Source: a virus
DNA length: 64,000 nt
Direction: 5' to 3' (one strand)
Virus record (IMG/VR): IMGVR_UViG_3300024346_003797
Location: 1 to 64,000 of that record
The notes beneath the pieces are model-generated. The model did not search any database. It was not told the DNA's origin and was given only the letters and a program-made list of their open reading frames with translations. Position numbers and translations under genes: made by a program. Below are positions 16,426 through 26,181 of this stretch, piece after piece. The number at the start of each line of letters is the position of its first letter. Within the stretch, counting starts at the first letter, position 1.

Positions 16426-18981
16426 ATGGCAAATTCGAATAATCTCACTGGTGATGCGGATAGTGATAACGGGTACAACAAAGAAGAAATAGCTAAACTC
16501 GCCTCAATAAAAAATGATATCTCACCTAACAATGAAATGGAAACGCTTAACGAAGGTTATGCGGGCACTACTACGGCGGGACAAGCAGGCAAAGGATCAG
16601 CAAATAAGGTACAGTCAAATGAGATTGCTGCCGGCCCTAAACCAGGACAAAGACCACAAAACCCATTAGCATCTTTTTCAAGTTACACATATCAAATTAC
16701 ATTGTACATGATAACACCAGATGCATACGATGCCTTTATTCAATCCGGTAGAGCTAATATTAATGCTATTAATAATGCCGCTAACCCACAAGTAGCTACT
16801 GCACTCGCAGAAGGAAATTCAGGTGCATACATCATAGCGCAAAGCGGTGGCATAAACAATAAGACAAGTAAAAGAGCATTTGACCTCGATTTTTATATAG
16901 ATGATTTAAAAATTACCACAGCTATTAATGGCAAGTCAACCACCACTGCATCTAATGATACTAAGATGACATTTAATATTTACGAACCATATGGCTTTTC
17001 GTTTATATCAAAAATTACAAGGGCGGCACAGTTATTAAAATCAACTAGTAAGATTAAAGATTTTAGAGATTTGTCTAATGCTACAAAACAGTTTTTTGTA
17101 TTAGGAATTAGATTTCAAGGCTACGATCAAGCTGGTAAAGAAATATCAGCATCTACCTCTACTAATTTAAACAAGTTTGACATGACTGGTGATTCTGGAG
17201 GTGTCTTTGAACGTTTCTTTGATATAATGATTACTAGTATGAAGTTTAAGATTGATGGGAAGACGACAGTATATAATATTACTGCCGCACCTATTGCCCC
17301 TAAAGTAGGATTTGGTGTTAAGTATGGTAGGGTAGATAATGGTGCACGACTAGAAGGCAGCACTGTACATGATGCATTAACTGGAACTAGGGGTTTGTTG
17401 ACAACACTAAATGAACAGCAGGTTGCAATATCAAAAAAATTAGGTACAGGTAGTATTCCAAATGTATATAAACTTGAATTTTTAGGAAATGCAGAGACAA
17501 CTATCGGTAAAGCTTCAATTGTAAGTATAGCTGATTTAGATAAATCAAAATATCCAATGAGTGCCGCAGCCAATATTGGTCAGGTGAATGAATCCGTATC
17601 AGTTAAAACAGTACCAAATAGTAACAGAAGAACTATTACATTTACCAATGATGTATCTATTATGCAGGCAGTAAGTTCTATTGTATCACAGAGTAGTTAT
17701 TTGGAAGACGCATTGAATGTTATTATTAAATCAGAGACACAACCTGATCCTTCTCCTAACTCGCAGGGTGAAATAAAAGATCCAACTCCTGAAAGTATTA
17801 AATGGTATAATTTAGGGTCAAGAGTTAAAGTATTAGGGTTCGACACAGTAGTAAAAGATTTTGCATATGAAATAACTTACATCATACAGCCTTATGAAAC
17901 TCCAGCAGTTACTAGTCCATATGCAGGTAAAACAACTAAGTATTATGGCGCACATAAAAGATATGAATATTGGTTTACAGGTAAAAACTCTGAGATAATT
18001 CAATACGAACAAAAATTAGACAATGCATATTTTACTGTAGCATTAAATCCTACTGGTACTGACGCTAGTACCGGCGGTGGAACAAATACTCCAACCTTTC
18101 CGAACAAACGACAAAATGAAGATAGAACTGGTAAGTTAGATGTGGGTAAAGAAGCACAAAACTCTTACCTAACAAGTTTATACGATCCAGGAGCATATGC
18201 ATCTGCAAAGGTAACTATATTAGGAGATCCAGATTACTTGATGCAAGAAAGTCCGGGATCTGTTAACAGTGTATATCGTCAATTTTATGGTAGAGGATTT
18301 ACTATAAACCCTAATGGTGGACAAGTGTTTATTGAGATAGATTTTAAAGAAGCTATAGATTATAACAATGATGATGGTTTATTATCTATCAACGAGTCCA
18401 TACTGTTTTGGAAATATCCTAAAGAAATATCTTCTGCTGTTAAAGGCGTTAGTTATATGGTAACAACCGTTGATAGTATTTTTTCTAAAGGTAAGTTTAC
18501 GCAAGAGTTACAATGTATTATAAACACCTTTCCTGATATATCAACTAAAAACACCGCAGCCGCAGCAGGCAGACCAATCGCAACCTCTACTAGATTTGAA
18601 AACACTTCAACTCAAGCCGCCGCCGAAACTAATAGATTAGTTAATGCGGGTAATAGATATGCTTATGCACCGAATCAATCTAATGCTGAAACTGCTAGAT
18701 TGGCAAGATTAAATGTTCGAACAGGTGGGTCACAAACAGGCTCAAGTGGAGCGGCAAATACAGGAGAGAACTCATCTGGTAACACTGGATATCTTAAAGA
18801 TAATCCTCCTAATACGGAAAACCCATCGATGGGTAATGAGGCTGCTAAGTACAATACAAATCAATCATCTAATGCAGCCTCAGAACCTGATGATGAGAAT
18901 GTTGTAAATCCTAAACAACAACCTGCAAATCAAGGTGGTAGAGATGAACCAGTACAAGGAAGACCAAGGGGCGGAGCATAA
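16426..18981 (+). CDS. Baseplate hub protein (gp27/gpD-like)
   Basis: Between gp53-like and gp5-like genes. C-terminal VTILGDP...Y.VTTVDS.FSKGKFTQEL pattern typical of hub proteins. Disordered termini. Confidence 0.6.
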   Translation: MANSNNLTGDADSDNGYNKEEIAKLASIKNDISPNNEMETLNEGYAGTTTAGQAGKGSANKVQSNEIAAGPKPGQRPQNPLASFSSYTYQITLYMITPDAYDAFIQSGRANINAINNAANPQVATALAEGNSGAYIIAQSGGINNKTSKRAFDLDFYIDDLKITTAINGKSTTTASNDTKMTFNIYEPYGFSFISKITRAAQLLKSTSKIKDFRDLSNATKQFFVLGIRFQGYDQAGKEISASTSTNLNKFDMTGDSGGVFERFFDIMITSMKFKIDGKTTVYNITAAPIAPKVGFGVKYGRVDNGARLEGSTVHDALTGTRGLLTTLNEQQVAISKKLGTGSIPNVYKLEFLGNAETTIGKASIVSIADLDKSKYPMSAAANIGQVNESVSVKTVPNSNRRTITFTNDVSIMQAVSSIVSQSSYLEDALNVIIKSETQPDPSPNSQGEIKDPTPESIKWYNLGSRVKVLGFDTVVKDFAYEITYIIQPYETPAVTSPYAGKTTKYYGAHKRYEYWFTGKNSEIIQYEQKLDNAYFTVALNPTGTDASTGGGTNTPTFPNKRQNEDRTGKLDVGKEAQNSYLTSLYDPGAYASAKVTILGDPDYLMQESPGSVNSVYRQFYGRGFTINPNGGQVFIEIDFKEAIDYNNDDGLLSINESILFWKYPKEISSAVKGVSYMVTTVDSIFSKGKFTQELQCIINTFPDISTKNTAAAAGRPIATSTRFENTSTQAAAETNRLVNAGNRYAYAPNQSNAETARLARLNVRTGGSQTGSSGAANTGENSSGNTGYLKDNPPNTENPSMGNEAAKYNTNQSSNAASEPDDENVVNPKQQPANQGGRDEPVQGRPRGGA

Positions 18982-18984
18982 CAT

Positions 18985-21900
18985 ATGGCATATGATGAAA
19001 TAAAACCCAGGGGTAGTACTAAAGCAAGTAGACCTGATGCAGGTGGCGCAGTATTACGTAGTGTACCTCTTTTTGGTATTGTTAAAGACAATATCGATCC
19101 AATACGTTCAGGTCGATTACAGGTATATATCAGTGATTTAGGTGGATTAGACCCTGACGATAGCAATAATTGGGTAACAGTTAGTTATATGACTCCATTC
19201 TATGGGGTAACTACACCATCAAGTGCAAATACAGGTTGGGGAGAATATATAAAGAATCCCAACAGTTATGGTATGTGGAATAGTCAACCTGATTTGGGTA
19301 CTACAGTTATATGCATATTCATTAACGGTGATCCTAATTATGGATTTTGGATAGGATGTGTTCCTCAACCTGAAGCATTACACATGGTACCTGCAATTGG
19401 TGGCACTGACAATATTGTTGCAAACGCAGGTGAAGCAAGAGGACTAGGTGGTGCAGTACGTTTACCAGTAGTTAATATTAATACTAACAATGAGGGAATT
19501 GCAAATAGTAATAAATTTTTATCTGATGCCAAACCTGTACATAGTTATGTTGCTAGTATACTAGCACAACAGGGTTTAATTAGAGATCCTATTAGGGGAG
19601 TTATTGGATCAAGCGCACAACGTGAAGCACCAAGTCGTGTTGGTTGGGGAGTAAGCACACCAGGCAGACCTATATATGAAGGTGGTTTTACTGATGAAAC
19701 TATTGCTGATGCCGCTAGCGGGACTGGCAAAACTGCTGGATTAAAAGTTATTGCACGTAGAGCCGGTCACACACTAGTAATGGATGACGGAGACATATTA
19801 GGTCGAGACCAATTAGTAAGAATACGTAGTAGTTTAGGACATCAAATATTAATGAGTGATGATGGACAAACACTATTCATCATTCACGCTAATGGGCAAA
19901 GTTATATTGAGTTAGGAAAAGAAGGTACAATTGACATGTACTCTACTAACTCATTCAATGTAAGAACGCAAGGTGATTTAAACTTACATGCAGATAATAA
20001 CATTAATATCAATGCAGGCAAACAATTAAACATCAGTGCAGAAACAATTGCAATTAGTAGTGAAAAAGAAACTATACAAAAAGTTGGAACAGATTTTAGT
20101 TTGTATGCTTCTGGTAAATATACAACCAAAGTAGATGGTAAGATGAGTTTTGCTAGTAGTTCAGATGCATCTTTTTATAGTGATTCCATTACATACTTCA
20201 ATGGTAGTAAGATTAATTTAAATACAGGATCATCTAGTCTTGTACCACAAGAAGTTAAACCATTGCCTGTAGTAGCACATACTGATACATTGAATGATGC
20301 TACTAAAGGTTGGGCGGCTGCACCTGGTAAGTTATTAAGTATTGTAAGTAGAGCACCTGCTCACGCACCGTGGGCTAGCGCAAATCAAGGTGTAGATGTT
20401 AAAGTTAATAACAATGCTAGTTCTGCATTACCTTCAGCACCTTCACCGGCAGTAGCTGCCGCAAATGCAAGTGCAGGAGAAGGTCCAACCACAGCACCTG
20501 TATCTGTTGCAGTTGCCTCTACTGTACCACCAACAGCGGCAATAAGCACGGCACTTGATAAAAATACAACCAGTACAATGGTTGGTCAAATATCAACCTT
20601 GGCAGCAACTGGTCCCGCAGCCTCCGCAGTTAAACTAGGAGCAGGAGTAGTAGACACTGCAACAGGCAAAGTAGCCTGCATTGGAGCAATGGCACAAAGC
20701 CCAGAACAAATGGAACAAGCAGGAATACTTAAGCCGGGCTCGGCAGCATTGATTGCTAAGTTAGTTGCTGATGGTAAAACAGTAGAAGAAGCAATGACCT
20801 CAAACTTGTTTACAGGTATGCCCGGAGCAGAAAATCTCAAAACATATATTAGTAACATAAGTGCTCAATGTGCGGCGCAAGTTAATACATTCCAAAAAGC
20901 ACAAACTGCATTAACACAAAATGGACTGATTACTGGTAATGAAGCAGGTACTCAAATTGCCGGTCTAGTTATGTCAGCGTCAACTGCTGGTATATCAGAT
21001 ACAGTTAACTTTGTTAAAAATGCCGCTAATTCTGCAATAGGAGCAGTAACAGGAGCAGTGTCAAATATCGCAGGAGCCGCTACAGGAGCATTAAACAATG
21101 TGTTAGGATCGGCTAGTAGTTTAGTGTCAGCAGGTAATTTTGCTGGTAACTTATCTAGTACAGTTACAGGTGGACTAAGTAGTATCGCAGGCTCGTTAGG
21201 TGGCATGGCTAAAGGAGCTGTAGCTGGTATAGCAGGATTATTAGATAGTGCTAAAGGTGTAGCAGGCAGTGCATTCAGTGCAATTACAGGAGCATTCCCA
21301 ACATTACAGGCTGGTGTACCACAAAATATCAAAGACATAACAGAAAAAGCACAAGCGACAGCACAAGCACCGTCATCCAATCCATTGTCAGGTGCATTAA
21401 ATGCAGTAACAGGCGCAATAGCAGGAGTTACAGGTGCAGCTACAGGATTATTAAAAAATACATTAGGCGTAACTGCAAATCTATCTACTGGATTAGGCGC
21501 GTTACCGGGAGGAGCTGGAGTAGTTGCTTCTGTGGTTAATAATGCTGTGGGAGCTGTTAATACTATACCCGGAGTTAGTGCAGTAACAGGATTAATTGGA
21601 CAAGCAACATCAATAACAAATGGTATATCTAGTTTAGCAGTTAATCCATTAGCGTCATCTAATATATTAAACGCAGCCTCAGGAGCAGCCGGAGCATTGA
21701 CAAAAGGTCTAGACGACTTAAAGAGTGGTAAATTATCACTATCATCATTAGCTAGTGCAGGATTACCAGCTGGTGCAGCCGCACAATTAAATGCCGCTAT
21801 TAGCTCAATGAGTTCAGGTGGCGCAGTACAAATCAAATTACCAACAGTAGCTATTAATACTACCGATAGAAGTGAATTAACATCACAAGTTACTAATATA

Positions 21901-22224
21901 TTGGGCAACTCAAAAATACCAGCACCAAACTTTGCAGGTGTTAGTGAAGATGCATATAAGGCTGGATTATCTAAAATAGATGCAAAAAAAGAAAAGTATA
22001 AAGAAATTGATGCAAAATTAGAGGCTTTAAACGAGGAAGCTAAAACAGTTAGAGCACAATATAATGCATCTGCTGAAACATACGAAAATGCAAATAACAA
22101 CTTACCTGCAGGTGACCCGTCAGTCAGGGCAATATACGAAACAACACAACAATATAGAACACAGTTACTAGCACTTCAGAAAAAAGGATATGACCTGCTG
22201 AATGAGCGAGACAACATAGTATAA
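18985..22224 (+). CDS. Central spike (gp5/VgrG-like) with long Ala/Gly-rich extension
   Basis: OB-fold GIVKDNIDP.RSGRLQVYI...YGMW..PD.GT.V...F, beta-helix entry GH...MDD / GHQILMSDD, then ~500 aa A/G/S/L-rich segment and a C-terminal coiled coil. Confidence 0.85.
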   Translation: MAYDEIKPRGSTKASRPDAGGAVLRSVPLFGIVKDNIDPIRSGRLQVYISDLGGLDPDDSNNWVTVSYMTPFYGVTTPSSANTGWGEYIKNPNSYGMWNSQPDLGTTVICIFINGDPNYGFWIGCVPQPEALHMVPAIGGTDNIVANAGEARGLGGAVRLPVVNINTNNEGIANSNKFLSDAKPVHSYVASILAQQGLIRDPIRGVIGSSAQREAPSRVGWGVSTPGRPIYEGGFTDETIADAASGTGKTAGLKVIARRAGHTLVMDDGDILGRDQLVRIRSSLGHQILMSDDGQTLFIIHANGQSYIELGKEGTIDMYSTNSFNVRTQGDLNLHADNNININAGKQLNISAETIAISSEKETIQKVGTDFSLYASGKYTTKVDGKMSFASSSDASFYSDSITYFNGSKINLNTGSSSLVPQEVKPLPVVAHTDTLNDATKGWAAAPGKLLSIVSRAPAHAPWASANQGVDVKVNNNASSALPSAPSPAVAAANASAGEGPTTAPVSVAVASTVPPTAAISTALDKNTTSTMVGQISTLAATGPAASAVKLGAGVVDTATGKVACIGAMAQSPEQMEQAGILKPGSAALIAKLVADGKTVEEAMTSNLFTGMPGAENLKTYISNISAQCAAQVNTFQKAQTALTQNGLITGNEAGTQIAGLVMSASTAGISDTVNFVKNAANSAIGAVTGAVSNIAGAATGALNNVLGSASSLVSAGNFAGNLSSTVTGGLSSIAGSLGGMAKGAVAGIAGLLDSAKGVAGSAFSAITGAFPTLQAGVPQNIKDITEKAQATAQAPSSNPLSGALNAVTGAIAGVTGAATGLLKNTLGVTANLSTGLGALPGGAGVVASVVNNAVGAVNTIPGVSAVTGLIGQATSITNGISSLAVNPLASSNILNAASGAAGALTKGLDDLKSGKLSLSSLASAGLPAGAAAQLNAAISSMSSGGAVQIKLPTVAINTTDRSELTSQVTNILGNSKIPAPNFAGVSEDAYKAGLSKIDAKKEKYKEIDAKLEALNEEAKTVRAQYNASAETYENANNNLPAGDPSVRAIYETTQQYRTQLLALQKKGYDLLNERDNIV

Positions 22225-22227
22225 ATA
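22220..22227 (+). promoter_or_regulatory. Late promoter TATAAATA
   Basis: Exact T4 late consensus upstream of the gp25-like gene. Confidence 0.7.
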
Positions 22228-22244
22228 CGATATAGGATAACAAC

Positions 22245-22694
22245 ATGCCAGCATACATCGGATTCAGTACAATTAACGCTAACAAGCCGCGTTCTACTAA
22301 TTTACCTGCAGGTATTGCGGGTGGTGTTGGATCAATACCACAACCAGTTACTCCTGGTAAAAAGTTTAAGTTAGTAGACCAACAATTAGTGATACAAGAT
22401 TTTATTAATGCGTTGAATATTCAGCAAGGACAGAAAGTTGGAAATCCCGGATACGGAACCACATTGTGGAGCTTTGTATTTGAACCCAATACATTTGATG
22501 TACAAAATAAACTAGAAACTGAACTTAGACGAGTTGCCAATCAAGACCCAAGACTTATCGTTAATACGGTTAGTGCATATCCCCAAGAAAATGGTATATT
22601 GATTGAAATGGAACTAGCTATAGCACCCTTTAATAATGCACAATTATTAAGCGTTTTCTTTAATAACACAACCGGCACAGCAGTTATTCAGTAA
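22245..22694 (+). CDS. Baseplate wedge/sheath initiator (T4 gp25-like)
   Basis: D..LVIQDFINALNIQQGQKVGNPGYGTTLWSFVFEP...DPRL motif. Confidence 0.9.
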   Translation: MPAYIGFSTINANKPRSTNLPAGIAGGVGSIPQPVTPGKKFKLVDQQLVIQDFINALNIQQGQKVGNPGYGTTLWSFVFEPNTFDVQNKLETELRRVANQDPRLIVNTVSAYPQENGILIEMELAIAPFNNAQLLSVFFNNTTGTAVIQ

Positions 22695-22724
22695 TATCTT
22701 ACAAAAACGATGGTTCTAAGTATG

Positions 22725-22731
22725 ATAAATA
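22725..22731 (+). promoter_or_regulatory. Late promoter motif ATAAATA
   Basis: GATAAATA upstream of the gp6-like gene. Confidence 0.65.
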
Positions 22732-22750
22732 CTTAAAAGAGAATACCACT

Positions 22751-25700
22751 ATGGCTACAAGTTCACGACAATCAGCACTATTCGGCGTTAACGACTGGAA
22801 GGCAATATACCAAACCTTCCGTGAAGCCGATTTCCGTTCATATGATTATGAAACATTACGTAAAAGTTTTATTGACTATTTGCGAGTTTACTACCCAGAA
22901 ACGTTTAATGATTATATCGAATCAAGTGAATTTATTGCGTTACTAGATGTTATGGCTTTTATGGGCCAAGGCCTAGCTTTCCGTAGTGATTTAAATGCAC
23001 GTGAAAACTTTATTGACACGGCTGAACGTAGAGATAGCGTTGTTAAATTAGCTAATTTGGTTAGTTATACTCCTAAACGTAATATAGCTGGTCAGGGTTA
23101 TATCAAGGTAACAAGTATACAAACAAGTGAAAACATTACTGATTTAAATGGGTTCAATTTAAGCAATCAAACTGTATTATGGAATGATCCTGCAAATGTT
23201 AACTGGTTAGAACAGTTTAATACTATTATCAATGCAACATTAATTAACACACAACGTATCGGTCGTCCAGGAAATACTGCTCAACTGTTAGGAATAAAAA
23301 CTGATGAATACGCTATTAATATTCCTCCTGCTAATCTTCCAATAATACCGTTTACTGCAGTAGTAGACAATCAAACAATGAACTTTGAGTTGGTCAGTGC
23401 TACTAGTTTAAATGAAGATTATGTTTATGAAATTCCACCTGCACCTAGTGGCAGAATGAATATGTTATATCGCAATGATAAATTGGGATATGGCAGTCCA
23501 AACACAGGGTTCTTCTTTTATTTTAAACAAGGTAATTTGCAAAACTTTGATTTTAATTTAGCACAACAAATTGCTAATCAAGTTGTTGACATAGATATTC
23601 AAGGTATCAACAACACAGATACTTGGTTGTATCAGTTGAGTACTGATAACAGTTCTGCTGTTAATAGAACGTTATGGAATCAAGTAGAGAATGTTTATGC
23701 TGACGCATATTTACAAACTGAAAATAGTGTTCGCAGAATATTCTCAGTTGGTTCTAGATTTAACGACCAAGTTAGTTACGTTTTTGGTGATGGAGTATTT
23801 TCCGAGATTCCAGTTGGTTCATTTAGAGCATACGTTCGTGCAGGTAATGCATTAACATATACAATTGATCCAACTGAAATGCAAAATCTATCAGTTACAA
23901 TAAGTTATATTAGTAGAGTAGGACGAACAGAAACACTTACATTAGGATTAGAATTACAGACACCAGTGTCAACCGCACAGGCAAGAGAAACATTAGCAAA
24001 CATTAAACAACGTGCCCCTACTCGCTACTACACACAGAATAGAATGGTTAATGGTGAAGATTACAACAATTTCCCATATACATTATACAGTTCTATTATT
24101 AAAAGCAAAGCTATTAACCGTAGTTCTGTTGGCGTATCAAAAAACTTAGACTTGTTAGATCCAACCGGAAAATACTCCAGCACTAATAGTTTTGCAAATG
24201 ATGGTGGTATGTACCAAGATAGTACCAATGGTAATGTGTTATTAACTATTACTACCACAGGTGATATTATTACATTCTTAACAAATACATTAGCTGTATT
24301 ATTAGGATCTGAACCCGGAAGTCTAGTGGGTGATAACAGAGCAAGACAATATTACATTCAAAATTATACACGCTATCCAGTAAACACTGCATCAGGGGAC
24401 GGCACTGTTTATTGGGAAGACCAAACAGTTGATGCCAATAGCATCACTGGTTATTTCTTTAATATTAATGGTAGTGCAAACACTCCCATACCAGTAGGAA
24501 CATATTCTACATACAATATGAAATATGCAACCAAAGGTGCTATGATTAAATTTATTGCACCGAGTGGTTATTATTTTAATGAATCCAGCAGATTGGTTTC
24601 TGGTATTGCAGGACCATCTGACAGAAGTTATATATGGACTACTGTATTAAATGTTATAGGCGATGGGTACAACAATGGTGAAGGTGCATTTAGTAATGGT
24701 ACCGGACCTATAACGTTAAATGGTTATGTACCACAAGGTGCAATAGTTTCTACTATATTGCCTGCATTCGACAACTCACTACCTAATATAGTGTTACAGG
24801 AATGCAGAGTTAGAATGGAACTTAATCAGAGTTTTAGTTTAATATTTGACAATAGTTTAACCATCGCACAAGATCGATGGAGTATTGGTGCATACAATGC
24901 AAGTAACTATTTTGTTAACTTTGAAAGTGTAGGAAATAACCGTTATAGTGTAGCATATCGCTCGTTAGCATATTACTTTGGCAGTGTTGCTGATACTAGA
25001 TTTACATATGAAACTGGTAAGTTAGTATACGATCCGTTTAGTGGTAAAATATTACAAGATTATGTTAAAGTATTAGCTACCAATACTCAACCTGGAAGTA
25101 ACTATCCATTGGCAATGCCAGTTCCAGTAAGTATCATTGGTCAAACAGTTGAGAGTGATGGATATGTTAATGATTTTGAAGTAGAGGTATCAAGTATCGA
25201 TGTAAATGATAGAACCATTATTACTAATCCGGATTTCTTTACAGAGGTAACAGGATATGTTAATGGTAATACAAACATCGGGGTATATACATTCTTTGAA
25301 CTAGTACAAGATGCAATTAATCTATCACGTTATCAACTTATTGAATCAAGTTCGGTAGTTTATCAGTATGCAACTAAAACACAGGTTGAGGTAGTTAAGT
25401 ATGAATATCCAGAAGGACAGTTATTCTATGCGTATACAGATAATTTATTTTATACAACAATACAAGACCAAACAATAAACACACCATATTATATTGTAAC
25501 TGAACAACCTCAATATAGTATGAAGCCTGGGCGTCAAGGATTGCAGTTCCAATATCGCCATAATAGTAATAACACTACACGTATTGATCCTGCTACAACA
25601 AATATTATCGATTTATATGTAGTAACACAAGCTTATTATACTGCGTATCAAAATTGGTTACAAGATATTACTGATACAGTACCAATGCCAGATAAGCCCA

Positions 25701-26155
25701 CAATCAATGAATTATCACAAGCATATGGATCATTAAATGATTATAAGATGTTGAGTGATAGTGTGATTTTAAACAGTGTAGTTTTCTTACCATTATTTGG
25801 ACCTAAAGCTCCAACACAGTTACGAGCAACTATTAAAGTTATTAAAGCAAGCAATACTAATGCCAGTGATAGTGAAATTCGTAGTGCAGTTCTCTCTGCT
25901 ATGAATACCTATTTTAGTATTAATAATTGGACATTTGGTGATACATTTTACTTCAGTGAACTAAGCGCATATCTACATTCACAAGTAGGTGAGTTAATAA
26001 GTTCTGCTGTGTTAGTTCCAAATGACCCAACAATGAACTTTGGTGATTTGTATGAAATTAAGGCTGCCCCATATGAGATTTTTGCAAATGGTGCAACAGC
26101 AAATGATGTTGTTGTTATTGCCGCATTGACTCCCGCCGAATTACAAATAAGATAA
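22751..26155 (+). CDS. Baseplate wedge subunit (T4 gp6-like)
   Basis: DF.SYDYETLR, ENFIDTAERRDSV..LA....Y.P, FGDGVF..IP, ETLANIKQRAP..YYTQNRMVNGEDY. Confidence 0.9.
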   Translation: MATSSRQSALFGVNDWKAIYQTFREADFRSYDYETLRKSFIDYLRVYYPETFNDYIESSEFIALLDVMAFMGQGLAFRSDLNARENFIDTAERRDSVVKLANLVSYTPKRNIAGQGYIKVTSIQTSENITDLNGFNLSNQTVLWNDPANVNWLEQFNTIINATLINTQRIGRPGNTAQLLGIKTDEYAINIPPANLPIIPFTAVVDNQTMNFELVSATSLNEDYVYEIPPAPSGRMNMLYRNDKLGYGSPNTGFFFYFKQGNLQNFDFNLAQQIANQVVDIDIQGINNTDTWLYQLSTDNSSAVNRTLWNQVENVYADAYLQTENSVRRIFSVGSRFNDQVSYVFGDGVFSEIPVGSFRAYVRAGNALTYTIDPTEMQNLSVTISYISRVGRTETLTLGLELQTPVSTAQARETLANIKQRAPTRYYTQNRMVNGEDYNNFPYTLYSSIIKSKAINRSSVGVSKNLDLLDPTGKYSSTNSFANDGGMYQDSTNGNVLLTITTTGDIITFLTNTLAVLLGSEPGSLVGDNRARQYYIQNYTRYPVNTASGDGTVYWEDQTVDANSITGYFFNINGSANTPIPVGTYSTYNMKYATKGAMIKFIAPSGYYFNESSRLVSGIAGPSDRSYIWTTVLNVIGDGYNNGEGAFSNGTGPITLNGYVPQGAIVSTILPAFDNSLPNIVLQECRVRMELNQSFSLIFDNSLTIAQDRWSIGAYNASNYFVNFESVGNNRYSVAYRSLAYYFGSVADTRFTYETGKLVYDPFSGKILQDYVKVLATNTQPGSNYPLAMPVPVSIIGQTVESDGYVNDFEVEVSSIDVNDRTIITNPDFFTEVTGYVNGNTNIGVYTFFELVQDAINLSRYQLIESSSVVYQYATKTQVEVVKYEYPEGQLFYAYTDNLFYTTIQDQTINTPYYIVTEQPQYSMKPGRQGLQFQYRHNSNNTTRIDPATTNIIDLYVVTQAYYTAYQNWLQDITDTVPMPDKPTINELSQAYGSLNDYKMLSDSVILNSVVFLPLFGPKAPTQLRATIKVIKASNTNASDSEIRSAVLSAMNTYFSINNWTFGDTFYFSELSAYLHSQVGELISSAVLVPNDPTMNFGDLYEIKAAPYEIFANGATANDVVVIAALTPAELQIR

Positions 26156-26158
26156 GTA
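26152..26158 (+). promoter_or_regulatory. Late promoter motif ATAAGTA
   Basis: GATAAGTA overlapping the gp6 stop, upstream of the giant gene. Confidence 0.55.
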
Positions 26159-26181
26159 CTATATAACCTTAGAGAGAAATA

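Noticed and set aside
20952-22100. 382-aa antisense ORF within gp5
   Set aside because: Shadow frame produced by Ala/Gly/Thr codon bias. The same applies to the many short antisense ORFs in the tape-measure, hub and giant genes.
14840-26155. Bacterial contractile injection system (eCIS/T6SS) rather than phage
   Set aside because: Portal, prohead protease, scaffold, gp46/47 and gp55 homologs in the same window indicate a T4-like phage.
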